DNA of 63,224 nt, counting the filler, from Choristocarpus tenellus KU-1152 (Eukaryota; Protista; Phaeophyceae), in NCBI GenBank assembly GCA_964200185.2. It is 7 parts of 7 records of this genome, joined end to end, with 100 filler letters (N's around TTAATTAATTAA, not from the genome) between each part and the next. Parts side by side here need not be neighbours in the genome. Positions count along the whole stretch, not along the records: positions 33,304 to 63,224 come from CAXNAD020000096.1; 6 more parts are not named here. One strand, given 5' to 3'. The position numbers and the translations under genes are program-made. Below, piece by piece: positions 35,301 to 48,661 of this stretch. A model generated the notes under the pieces. That model did no database searches, had not been told where the DNA came from, and saw nothing but the letters and a program-made list of their open reading frames with translations. Position 1 is the stretch's first letter. Every line of letters begins with the position of its first letter.

Positions 35301-36689
35301 AAGTGATTGGAGTGGTACAGCATATTCATGGCGATGAGAGCAAATAACTTCACGGATGAGTGGCATTACACGAAATTCGTCGCAGTCACATCTCCTTAAT
35401 AGTGGTATTATCATCTACTGTACCATAGTGATGTGCTTGTCTGGCACATTTTTCCTTCTCTTTGCTGCTGCAGTTCTGACACGCAATGAAGTGAGAGGTC
35501 CCATTAGAAGTTGGACCTTGTTTTATCTGGGAATTGGACTTCAGCACTGATGTTGGTGTTGCATGGTTTTGTTTTCTTCTCCATTTGCGTTTTTTCCGTT
35601 AATTTATTTTCTTTGTTTTACCCCTATTTTTAATAACGACAATTAGAATCCCTACAATGAAATGCATTGAACATGGACAAACTCGAAAATACACTAGTCT
35701 GCTCGAACAATTCAAACTTCAGCCAGCACCTGGAGAACAGGCAAGTACTCATATCGAGGAAGGCAGAGTTAGTCGCCTAGGTGAAGCGACCTGTACTACT
35801 TTGTTACATCTCACCATTATCGTTTTAACAAGGCCAACCCATTACGTGTGAAATACAACGACACTATACATTCACAATTTTCTCAGGCTGACCGAGGAGG
35901 AATGATAGGTCGGGTGACCTTGTGCATACCTCTGAAGTGCTTTCTATATTAGTAATAGTAGCGGTATAGATACATGCGACTATGGACATGGTGTCCCGTA
36001 GGTTTCCTGTTTTGAAGATTGAGGACACTTACCTGACGTAGAATGTCCTGTCTTAGAGGGGGGTGTCATTGAGTATGTCGGGCCCCTATCAGCTGCCTAC
36101 TGGTGCATTTGCATTTAGCGTTCTCGATGGCGAATATGTACTGATGTGGATAAGCGTTTGTATCTTTGTTACAGACATAGCCTCTTTAGGGGAGTGTTAG
36201 TTGTATTTCAGGCATTGGAAATAGGGTGTTCTGAGGCGCAAAATACTTTTGAAGCCCTGTACACTCGAGAGAGCCTACTGAATGACATAGAATTCACCTT
36301 AGGGTAACTCAGAAACAAAGTTCATGCACACACAACTTCTCTATTGTGCTCAATTACTTTGAACTATGATATGGTATGTGTGATCTACAGCTAGCTTGAC
36401 CAAAGTATGAGGAACATTAAGGTCATTCAGAAGGACAGCAGTGACAATGCTTACTCTTGCTAAAATGATATCCTTACACAGGGTGAAGCAGAGACGGTGG
36501 CGATCACCAAGGTTCCTCATAAAGAGTAGACCCTGTTTGTTATTGGACATTTCAATGCCAGCAATCGGTCAACCACAACCTTAACACGGGTCGAAACGGA
36601 GAGTATTTCTATACAGTAGTGTTAGGTACAATATGGTAAGCGTCTAGTTAACTCTGCAGAGGAATGGGCATTCCTTGCACTATCGAGGA

Positions 36690-37190
36690 GGTAGCCCACT
36701 CACAGTGGACTGAAATTTCCGCATGGATCTGGTCTTCCATGCTGGGGCACTTGCGGACACCGGATCAGCTCCCTACCAAGACAAAGGCCTCTTTCTAGAT
36801 GTTACATTCGCAGAAGTACAAGCAGCTTCCCACCTGCCCTACCCATCCACCAGCAATGGTGTAGCTGCTGCTACAGCTAAGGCGCGAAAGCGCACCCACT
36901 ACCAGGTTTTATTGACCCTTGTAGTTATAACCCCAACACCTTTGTGATAGAAAGTTTTGGGCGCCTTGGTAAGCAAGCAGAGGAATTTCTGGACGAGTTG
37001 GTTACGCACGCGGTAGGGGAGAGAGGGGCAGGAAACTGCAGCAGAAAGGGGCTGTCAAATCCCGTTTACGACAGATAGTGTCTCTCACAACACAAGTACC
37101 TCTATCTAGATGTGTCGTGCGTTTTAAGCTGGAGGCACCAGGGAGGTGGGCAGGGGGGGGCTTGTTAGATTCTTGAGATGCTTCCCTAGT
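36690..37190 (+). mobile_element. Restriction-like endonuclease (RLE) C-terminus of a CRE-like LINE
   Basis: RMDL...LFLDVT...GVAAATAKARKRTHY then (frameshift) ESFGRLGKQAEEFLDELV: the RxD..DVT..KxxxY..ESFG RLE signature. Confidence 0.8.
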
Positions 37191-37845
37191 TCCTCACCCT
37201 GGGGTGCAGGACTAAGCTAGTTAGTAGGTGCAGGAGGGCAGTGGTGTAGCGTAGCTGGTAGTAAAATAGTAAATAGATACAGAAAAATGTCTTCCACGTT
37301 TACGACAACTATTACCTTTTCGAGGATTTTGACATTATTTGAAGAATCATTCGTTTTTCTTTTGACACATCTACAAAATGTCAAAGCATAATAATAAAAA
37401 AACACTATGGTAAGTAAAGAGGAACTATTAAGAGGCACATATTGATACCCAACTATAAAAAACGACTTACCCTCAATTACAAAGAGCTTTTTTCAACGAG
37501 TGTGTACATCATCGCCATTAAAAAAAGATACTCATATTTTTACGAACATGGAAATATGTCACACTCCCAAAAATGATAGTTTTTTTATGAACCTAGTAAA
37601 TTAGCGTCCGGGATAGATTGTTGCTTCTACTCACCAAAACGTGTTCTCAATGATATCTTAAAATGAAGGGTTTGTGGAGGAAACAACACTACTACTCAAT
37701 GTTGTGCGATGAGTTGTTATTTGTAAGGAAGGATTATTTATTATATGAATTTTGTGGAAAACCATGTTGCATTGGTCATGGTAACGTTTTCGAGTTTGTG
37801 GAGATCAACAGTAGTATAATAATCGGAAAACAAATTGCGCGCATC

Positions 37846-39756
37846 ATGTCCCCTTTTCCTCTCCCCGCCGGTGAGACAAGGGACTCTCACTATGGGTATG
37901 TCTACAAAGACAAGGTATCGTACAGGCAGGTTGGGAGAAGAAGGGAGGGCCAGGTGATTAGGCGGGCACCACCTCAAGCACTACCGACGACTATGAATTG
38001 CACGTCGTCCATCCCATCAAAGTACAATGGCAGTGCCAAGCTTGCACGTGATGCGGAAAACGATGCATTTGGGAACAGAACACAGAGATTTCACCAACCA
38101 ATAGTGAGTTCAATTCAAGTATATCTGTATCGTATTTGGTTCGAGGACAGACCTCAATTGCTATTCCCCCTTCAAAATATAAAAATGCGTCTTACCATCG
38201 CTTCAGTCCTTTGGTTTTGTGATCTTCATGTTATCGATGCCTTCTTTCCTTCGTTTCTTCCTCTCGTTGTTGGGATTACGAGATAGAACGAACTTCCAGG
38301 ACCAGGTGCTTACTATAGAAAGACAACCCTTGAAAGAGATCCGGCGACTTGCGGGTCTTTATCCAGAAAAGGGTATGGAGGAGGTTTCGCGTCAAAAGCT
38401 CCAAGGTTTCAAAATATCAAGGAGATCCGAGGAGCACTTTTGCCAGGTCCAGGGACATACACAACTGACAGCATTATGGGGTTGTCACACGAAGGGCGGC
38501 CACAAGCAGTTTTTGCTAAGCCACAACGGGTGAGAGGGAAGTAGTCGTGGCTCATCTTAGGGGGAAGCAGTCATGACTCATATTGTGCGTCAAACAGATT
38601 TCTTTGTCGTCACGCTGCTGTACACTCTACCCATGCTGAGTTTTTGTAAGTCTTTGTACAGGATATATTACACATAAGATATCCTCTTTGCCGTCATAGT
38701 AAACACAGGAATACTCTTCTTAGTCTTAGAATTCTGACCCTTGAAGCTAAGTCAATAATGACTACTCCTACTCCTACTCCTTGGGATATTGAGAAAATTC
38801 CAGCTGCTGTAGAGAATGGGATCACATATCCACCAGAGCTGAGAAAACACATAAAACTATGTTTAACAAATGGGTAAAATTCCTCTGCACAACTCAACAT
38901 TGAAAAATGTGCACATTCTCTATGTTTTCTCGGATTCTGATACAGTATCGGGGAGACCCAGAAAGTCTGCATGAGATATTTCCTGGGCCAGGTCAATACT
39001 ATGTCGAGCTGGACAGTAAGATCAGAAAATCAAACATTGGACCAACATCGTCGTTCAGGTCATTTCGAGCAAAACAAAATTGTGTACCAGAAACACCAGC
39101 CCCTGGAGCATATGACGTGATGCCTGTGAACACTGTACGTGTGGACAAAAGAGGACAGAAACTGGTGGACCCATCGTTTCGGTCTCAAACCAAACGCAAT
39201 ACAGCTTTTACCTCTCCATCTGCTGGTGTTCCGGGCCCTGGTGAGTATGACATCCAAAAAGGACATGCTACAGCAAACAAAGACAGGGCCTCCTGCACCA
39301 GCAGCAGCAAGATCAGCCGTTTTGGTGAATCTTTCCAATGTCAAAAAGGCACCCCTGAGTCACCAGGTAAGCCGTGACAAAGTCAGAGTTTCAAGTAGTG
39401 TAATAATAGTATGTGGTTGGTAGTTGAAAATATAGTGTGTTACACTGCTGGCACAACCTTTGATGACATGAGACAATTAAATTTTCTCTTTCAGTAGAAG
39501 GGGTGAGGTTGAGGTGATTAAGCTTAAATGGAGACAGACATGTGTGGGCCCACGTCTCATTCTTGCAGGACCTGGCTGGTATACTCCTGACCTGATAAAG
39601 TCAGAGCTAAGGGCATCGCCTTCAAGCATGTTCGTTTCTACATCAAGGAGGTTTGTGAGTGGTATTGGTGGCCTCCCTCCTGGACCTGCATTTTACAAGC
39701 CAGAGCTTCAGGGCAAAAAGTCTTTTCATCTAAACATGAGCAAGACATGGGTATGA
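37846..39756 (+). CDS. STPG1: Sperm-tail PG-rich repeat (SHIPPO) protein, STPG1/MAPO2-like; exons 37846-38103, 38287-38529, 38946-39366, 39569-39756
   Basis: Complete phase-consistent GT-AG model with repeated PGPGxY motifs, N-terminal SSIPSKY...F...RF and C-terminal PGPAFYKPELQGKKSFHLNMSKTWV, characteristic of STPG1. Confidence 0.85.
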
Positions 39757-40321
39757 CAGCTCCTACCATTAGCTACCAGCGAAATTGAGAACCAGTCAGT
39801 TGTACTCATGACAAGCTTATGATACATAGTTTATATTGAAATTCAAGCGGTCAATATACTATTCTCCATCCTCCTTTCTTGTCATTACACGACAGTAAAT
39901 GGTACCTTCTTGTGATTTAGAGTTGCATGTATTGATTGGTGGATTGTCAGTGACCATTGATTTTTTTATGGGATATAATATTCCTAATGTTCCAACTTGA
40001 TTATTACCTACAAGGCACATAAATACTCATTGTTGTCTGGCATACTTGTTGTAATGTTGGTAGAGAATTCCTAGGTAGGGGAAGTATTGTCGTGTATAGG
40101 TATCATTTCAAGTTATGATTATGATCAAGTGCAATTATTAGATTATTTAAACTCAATTGCCTGCACGAGGCTACATCAGTATTGCTTTATGGATAGATAC
40201 GGTGTCAGAAACTGCCCAGTATACCGCTGCTGTAAAATAATCAGTGTAAATGTGTTCAAAGCAGGACGGACCTCCAGTGTGTCGTAAACTCAGATGAATG
40301 CCATATTGCCATGCTTTTTTT

Positions 40322-43300
40322 AGGGTATCAGGACATGGGTAAGTGACTGAGATGGATTAATTAATTAGGGAGAAGAAGTTTGCCGACCCAGAATGAGGTT
40401 TTCATCTGTATGTATGGCTTTGGTGTCCCATTGATTTTGTTTTCTTGAGGTTGTCTGAAACCGCTTGGTTCACTCTCGATAAACTAATCAAGTTATACAA
40501 CCATATGCTGCAAGCCTACTGAGGGGAGATTCCTTGCAGTGGTAGACCGACTGTGGTTAAGGTGTATACAATCAACTGATTTCTCGAAACCTAACCATAG
40601 GATTGAGGGCAAGGTGCTGGCATTGACCTAAGAGGGATCGTGCATGGTTGCAAGGAGGTGGCTAGAACTGAATCGTGCACACCCAGAAGTATATCAGCAG
40701 GACAATACAATTGAAGAACCAGCATGTCAGGGAACGAGGTTGGTAAGATTGTGTCCGAGGGGCGGGGGCGCACGAAGGGGAAAAGTCTATGGGTGGGCAA
40801 CAAGGGTCCATGGTTGAAGTGCCACATTGTATCGATGTCCTCATTTTGGACTTGTTGATGGAGTAGAAGGCGCGATCTCACTTGAGTGAATGGTGCCTGT
40901 ATGAGGAGAAGATCCACAGACAGGAGTAATCGCAGGGCCTGTGGTTATCACGTGTACACCTAAAGGATATAATTAAGATGGGTATGTTCCAGACTTTGTT
41001 GTGAGGCCTGTTATTTCACTGGTTGCAAGGTGCCACTGATGACAAGCTTTTGGAAACTCTAAAAATGTAGGTGAGGGTCTTGACGATCAGTTGAAACCTA
41101 GATATGGGAGAGATTGAGGCCCAGCTAGAGGATATTGCCAAGATGGGGAATGAAGTCACCTCCAGCGATTGGGGGCATCTTGTTAGAGAGGTACTAGGGA
41201 ACTACACAGATGTTTGTCATCTGGATGGGATCTTCTGTCTAAATGTTGGGAAGTAGATCGAAAGCTGGCAACCTGGGCCAGCCAAATTGTTGTCTGGGGT
41301 GATCCTTGTAGGGTTACAACCTGTAGAATTCAGGGACCAGGTGCTTGGGACTGTGAAATGACATTCTGGCATCGAGAAGAACTTTGATGAGGTGTTTGAC
41401 CTCGTGCTCGGAGAAGTCAAGAAGTTTTGCAGGTCGAGCTCGTTCTCCTGGACCAAGCATGGCAGGTCTGGGTCGGTGCACGATCAAGGGTATACCTTTC
41501 GATAGGCATTAATGTTTCAGTCATGCAGGCTGGAAAGGCTGAGGGATGGTCCCACTAAGATAAAAAATGGTGAAGTTTACTAGCTTGTGCTACACCTGTG
41601 GCAAGTAAGACCACATGGCAGCTGTGTGTCAATCAGGAATGGTTTTAATACCTCCACGACAGCAGCAGCAGCAGCAGCAACAACAACAACAACATGATAG
41701 TACATTAGCAAGAGAAGTGGAGTCTGAGCATGGTGATGGATACAGGCCAAGAAAGTCTGGTGGTGCGGACCAGAACTTTTTTTCTGGACAGAAGAGCAAA
41801 CCAAGTCATTTGCATGCAGCCCAAGGAACCTGCAGCCATCAAAGACAGGTCATTCCCATGCCCCTAGAGTATCACGGAGGGCAGGCTTCTGGCACCTCTT
41901 GAAGAGCAGTTTACGGTAGTACTGATTGTGCTGGTTGTGAGGAATTGGACACATCAGTTCCACCCTCAGGAATTGACTATGACATGGCCTCAGGCTATGG
42001 TCACTCTATAGGTCTCTATACTGTCAGGGAGGACCATGTTGGAAGGGTTCTGAGTGTAATGGGGGTTCATGTGGATCACGTGGCCTCAGTTGTCTGGAGA
42101 GGGATTGACATGGCCCAGATGTACACACCTTTTTCATCTAAGCGCATCCTGGATGTATAATCCAGAGTCAGTGGTATGTCCAAGGGTTTGACGAGGAAGT
42201 TGCCAGGATATATGGGGGCGTTGCCCCACCTATCCTTGCCCTCGTTATACCTGTATGCCTATCACCATAGCTGATGGTTGGTGGGGTACCACTAGGAGTG
42301 TTGTCATACCTCTTCACATGGCACTACATATGCCTCAAGGACCTATCCAGCTCCAGAACATGGATGTGACAGTCCTTCCCAGAACTTACGATGTGTTGTG
42401 CAAAGCAAGACCTTCTGAGATATCCTGGGGTTGTATTTACAGTTGGTACTTTTCCAGTCTGCCCACAAGAGTCTTTCTTCCCCTGGAGCCAATCAGGTTG
42501 GAGATGCCTCAGGGGCAGGCACCACACATAATTGTAGGTGTCAAACACATGACTGAACATGCGGAGGAGCCCTTAGTCAATATCAAAGATGTTTCCCCAG
42601 CCCTTCTGCTGATAATCCTCCCAGAGGTCAAGATGGAGACCAAGGAGGAGGCACGTTGACATGGTGCCACACTTGAGACCTCCCTCCAGCAAACCCAGGA
42701 GCATAGTATGCCTCACGGTGCATAGACTCGCCTGAGCCAGGTGGTCCTTAAGCCCACAGGTGAATTTCCTGTGGCCCAGGGCCCAACTGCAAGACCAATG
42801 TGGAGCCTTGAGGGTCGTAAACAAGGTGGGGGCAACGACAATTTAGGTCAAGCCCCATAGCTAGAACCCTGACCATCAAAACATGCTGCCTGGCTCCATT
42901 GGGTTGTTAGTAATATCACAGATGCTTATCTGTTGGGGGGACTCGTTCTCTTGATGAGTGGCTTTGCCTCTGGTGACTGTATGAAGTATGGCAGAAATAC
43001 ATTTGGAGGTGGCAATCGATGCCACTCTGTCATTCACGGCAATAGTTCCAGCAGCACAACAATCAGTCAGAGTGGCTCTTGGGGGTGTGGTCAAGATGGT
43101 TGTACCTTGTCCTCCCTGAAGGCATTTCTGGGTGAGTATATACAGGACCTGCAAACTACTCAAGATAAGATAGATAAGGTGGTGCTAGAACAAGTGGAGC
43201 ATAGCTGTCAAGAAGCAGTTTGATGTCAGGAGTAAGGTTCAGATGCCCAACTTTTCTATGGGTAAGTTTGTACTCGTTGCCCAGGTACGTAAGATGAGTA

Positions 43301-44076
43301 GCATGCCAAAGGTGGTGGGCACTTGGACCGGGCTATGGTGAGTGGTTGCTAAAGAGACCCCTCATGTTTACCAGGTCCAGAATATCATTTCTGGAGCAAT
43401 TAGGGAGATGCATGCATCCTGCCTGTGTTTTTATACCAACAATGTCTTGAATGATATCATGGAATTGAACCAAAAATTTGAATATGTTAATAACCAGAGG
43501 GAGTTCAAAATGGCTGCCATGGTGGATTTATCTAGAGCAGGACCTGTTTGTGAGGTGTGTGTAAACTGGTTTGGCTTTGAAGAGGATGAGATGATGTGGG
43601 AACCTCCACCTGCTATTCTAAAGGATGCTCCTGTGTACTTTGAGAAGCAATTGAGGCAACTGAGACTGCACACCAAAGTGTACCAGGATATTTATAACCT
43701 GTGTAAGATTGATATTTGACCTGAGTCTAACTGCCTTTTGCTACTTTTCAGTTTGGTCTTTGAATTGGACCTAGTTGTGTTTTGGAATCATTTCAATTCT
43801 TACTTGAATCAAGAGAGGGTTGTGATCTTCTTTTGTCAAGCTTACTAAGTTGGATTCATAGAGTGCTGGGCTCTGGTGATGTTGTAGACCCGGATCGAGA
43901 CTTTCATGCATATGCCATTAGCGTTGGCATTGATTTTGTTTGCTTGAGCTTGTCCAATCTGAAACCACTTAGGCTCACTCTCAATGAACCATCAAGCTAC
44001 ACAAGCATATACTGCAAGTCTGTTGAGTAGAGAGTCCCTGCAGCGGTAGACTGCTTGTGGTTACGGTGTCTACGCA
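40322..44076 (+). mobile_element. Old, internally deleted Ty3/Gypsy LTR retrotransposon with chromodomain
   Basis: Diverged ~250-bp direct repeats at ~40322-40570 and 43821-44076, with purine tract AAGAGAGGG before the 3' one. Protease-like region ~42250-42450, integrase C-terminus ~42950-43450, chromodomain VNWFGFEEDEMMWEP (43560-43610). Many stops. Confidence 0.85.
41659..41695 (+). repeat. (CAG)n(CAA)n microsatellite
   Basis: Direct read; poly-Q-like tract in the gag region of the Gypsy element. Confidence 0.9.
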
Positions 44077-46689
44077 TTATTGTTGCAATAAACTTCTTTA
44101 GCCATGATGAAGTCTTGAGTATCCTGTTTTGTAGCCAACCCTCGAAGACTTCTGCAGTGTATCTTATTGGAGTAGTATCACCTGATTTATCTCACTTCTT
44201 CTCACTTCTATTTCCATAATAGTAGCAATTGCAGGCTGAGGGCTGATGTGCTATGAATAGAGGTCTGCGTTGCCACTGAATGATGTAGCACAAAATATGT
44301 ATTTAGGTGTTGATATCTTGCTTGCAGTATATGTCAATGGGGGTCTCCTCTGCTGCCCCGTCAGGAAGAATGAAAGAAAAAAGCAGTGTTCATTCTCTGG
44401 TGGGTATTTCCTCCATCTTCATGTGATCCTTGAAAACTCGAATTAATTTGTAACCACAATGTTAGCAGCTGAGCTCTCAAAAGTCACCAGTCTCTGGTTT
44501 CTACAGATCGAGTTGCATATAGTTTGTCTCAATAATAAGATAGCATAGGGTCATGTGAACATTAACAGTCTTGGACTGCTATGATGAGCCACTATCAGTT
44601 AGAATACAATGTACATGCAAGAGGGGGTGTCTCCTTTGGCAAATAGAGCCACTGTACAGTATTGGATTTTTTATGCTGAAAAATATTATTTTTCTGATAA
44701 GTGAAGACAAGTGTGAACCTTGGAGCAATTGAGTTGTGGTCTACAATGGTGCTAGTACTGGTGGTAAAAATGGACTGAGGTGGTAGTCCTGCAGACTGAG
44801 CATAAGTGTAAACTCTCATCATGGAACTTCCAATTCCCTCCTACGCAGTGCAGAGCTGAGATATTTAGCATAGATTTCAAGTGGTCTAGATTAATCTATT
44901 CATGTCACGTAAGTAGACCAGAATAGAAGATAGATAAGTTGGTTGGTTGAGAAAAAAGTTCCACAACAATTTTTTCTCTGTATCTTCAACAGCTCAAAGC
45001 ATATCAGCAAGTGACTAACTCATTATGGTGAACAACTTGCATGGAATGGCCGGAAATAACCCTATGAGGTCCTGGTCGCTAGTGCATCTTATTTCTGAAT
45101 TGTGCAGTATTGGCTGTATTGCACTTGATTGGTCTCAATAAACGCCAGTGGTAAGGATGGGGATATGATGGTCATATTTTGATAAGGCACATTGGCATCA
45201 GCAAATGTTCTGCTTCACAGGATCTCTGTTTACCACAATTACTGCTCCTTCTCAACCTTATTTTTTTATTATGTTATGGTAATGAGAATATTTATTTTTT
45301 GCTTTTATTGCTCACCATGCTCTTCTTCCTTTCTCCCTGCCCAAGACACAACACGGCAACATGTCCTACGCCTACACTAGAGAGTTAGCTGGTAGTTTAT
45401 CCAAATCATACTTGTATACTGAGTAAATGGACGTTTCTAAAAACCACACAGCAAGAATCAGGGATTCACATAGGCATCATATACAACGGTTTTCTACCAC
45501 ATTCCACTGTAGCATGAGAAAATCCTCACTACAGCCACTGCTGGTATCATATAACCTTGTACTATTTAATTCACGTAGGCTTGAAATGTCAGGTTTGCCA
45601 TCCTGAACCAATAAAGACCATACCACAGGTTCTCGACAGTGTGTTTGAAGAGGTACCTGCTGTTGCTGTCCAAGCAGCTGGTAGGGGATATGTTGATACT
45701 TGTATCTTAGAGGGTATTCCCTGTGACACCACGGGTGCCTGGTTTGATAGTGTAGTTTGCCCCAATAATTGGCATAGCTGATGAATTGGAGAAAAAGTAA
45801 TTGCAGGGATGTTCCAAGCATGAATCACGTGTCAATCCACATACCAAGCAGGGTAATACTGACATGGAGGGCCTAACAGTAGGGGAGAATTTGGCCATTG
45901 CAACGGTCCCAAGACGCCAGAACCCAGTATGTGACCAGCTTTGAGTGATAGTTGGAGAAACCTGAAAGTCAGCATGGAAAAAATGATATTGGCAAGCAGA
46001 AATCCTACAGTTGAAAAAAAATACTCAAGGAATGGACAAAATGAGGATTGGGCCATAGAAATAGGTGACTGCCCTAAAAGCTGAACTCTCAGAAAGTATT
46101 GGAACCACGTCAGCCTACAGACTAAATCTTCCCAATTTTTCTCAATTGGATGAAAGGTCCTCAAGTTTGCCACGGTACCCTATGTGATATTCTGTATAAA
46201 TGATCTGTGGTAGTTGATATGATTGTCATACTGTTGTTTGACTCACAGTCTTAAACACCATACCATATTGTACCACGAAGAAGCTCCACTCTCATACAGA
46301 TCTATTGATTGATACTATTTGCACTCATTTACCCTATCATGCCTTGGTGGTATTTCCCCTCAAACCGTATCATACAGCATCAACTCTCCTCAAGCCGTCA
46401 CTGACCATTGAAAGCTTGCTATATGGACCTTTATACCACACCTTGAACAAGAGACAGTGAGGAAGTATGTTGATACCATTGTCTATGGTATAGTGTCTGC
46501 ACCCACTCCTGCATTGTAGAAAGCTGTACCAAGTTGGATAGGGAAGAAAAAAACTAGTTCTTAAAATGGTGCTGATCTATACCTAACTAGTTCTTCAACA
46601 TAGAAGAATGAGACAAGTCTGTGTTCATATACAGTTTTTTTTTCTGCCTTATTTAAAGAGACACAAGCACATGGAGAGGTACACCAAAG

Positions 46690-46845
46690 AGGGTGAAGGT
46701 CTCAAGGCTATACGGATGTCAGATGATGGCTCCGAGTTCAAGATGTGGAGTGTCGGTAAGGAAACCAACTTGACAAGCTCCACAGTGTGACATAGCTTAC
46801 CCTACACCCCAAGGCGCAACAATATGTTGGAGAAAAAAGCGTGAG
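46690..46845 (+). mobile_element. Ty1/Copia-like integrase remnant
   Basis: LKAIRMSDDGSEFK ... SLPYTPRRNNMLEKK resembles IRSDNGGEF ... PYTPQQNGVAER. Confidence 0.6.
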
Positions 46846-48661
46846 CAATGTCACAACATGCATAGTTCCTCCAATGATCGAGGAAACTCATAGTGGAAAT
46901 ACATGTATGCATGACTTGTACTTGCAGCAAGTTCTCAGCTCCTGATTTGCACATATCTGGTTAACACGATGCTGCAGAAACAAAGGATGCCCCTCAATTA
47001 AAGTATCTCATACTGCAACCACAGCATGGTACATATTTTTCGTCACAATCGACCTCTGCATTTCTTTTATTTTTCTTATTTTCTTCACAGTAGCCTGGGG
47101 CTGTCTCAACCCATGGTCAGGGACTACACGTAACACTAATTCTCATACTTCCATTCCTACTATAACTGTTGAACTACATCTCTTAACAATACCTTAATAA
47201 TACCTCCATTCATACCTTGCTTCTCAAATGTTGGGTTCAGCCATTCCATCATTCGTTGCTCCACCTCCTCTCTCAAATCTTGTGTGTACCCACCTTAGTG
47301 TCACTGTACAATGAAACCGTATCACTTCGTTTGGGTTTCTCGCGTTTTTATGTTCAAGCAACCGGGGGGATAGATAGTACAAGTGTACAATCTGAAATGC
47401 TGGCCAGGTGGGCTTTGAATCATCAATGCCAAATTTCCTGAAAGGAACTTCAGCATTGAACAGGCTTTGACCTATAATATATATAATGCAGGGAATACAA
47501 CACGACCAATACACACCTTCATGGTTAAGAATATAATTTCGTACGGTCATGTGACAAATACCACATGCCTGGATACATACAGTAATAATAGTAGCATCAT
47601 TGGTAGTGTTGAGTACAAGATCGGAAATTGACTGTTAAAGTGCACTCTCTAACCAACCTATTTGAAGAACTGCTTTTTCCTTTTTTTGGAAGACTTCCAG
47701 TGTTAGCACTTGATATATATTTCTGGTGGTAGAGCACAAGACAACACAGTGTATAGTGACATTTATATGCACTTGTTGGTTCTGTGATATATATGTAGTT
47801 CAAAGTATAGAATAGTATTTACAAGAAAATGAATTATCCTCTAACAGGTCTAGCCACCATTTAGAGTTAGAGTGGGCACTTAAGATCACCAGTACATCTA
47901 ATGAGGTACACAATACAGGGCTGAGTTATGCAGGTCATTCAATACACTCCTAAGATTACAACACACAATAGTGATGGCTGCAACATCTATTTTCGATCCA
48001 GAGTCCCATCTACCGTTGAGAAAGGTCTTTCAGCACCTACAACTACAGATATTTTGCTGGTCCCTTTGCAAGTTACTTCCAAATAGCATCACGATTGTAT
48101 CTTGCTTGTCTTATCTCCCCATCACAGTAGTGTAGTGGAGATTTGCTATGATTGCACATTATTCCGAAAACATGGATGTGGCATTGACCTTGCACCCTCT
48201 CTTCTAGAGTGTAGAAACTACAGTTCGTAGAGTGATGTAGTGGGCTGCTCTCAACCACCTTATTAAGTTGTACAAAGTCAAATGAAATTGTGGCCATTTT
48301 CTATGAGTGAAAGTGGAAAGTGACCCTTGTTGCTGTGTGTTACTGTGATTGAATAATCTAAGAATCCTTGCCACGATTAAGGTTCACATTACTCCCAACT
48401 TGAACCTGTTATTTCCACCAACACATCTCCCATGTTTGATTAATTTGCATGTATTTCGAAGTAGTTATCATCAAGATATCCTCAAATGTTTTGATGTTTG
48501 ATCAACAGAACTTATTGCCCTCAACATGATCGAGAATATGCCATCCTGAGTCAAGACACTTATGTACGAAATATTGACGTGGGTTTTCTTTTGAAAATCC
48601 CCTTGTAAAAAAAGTGGGTACAATGCTGGAGAAGGTTCATGAACCCAGGCCTCTATGGGCT

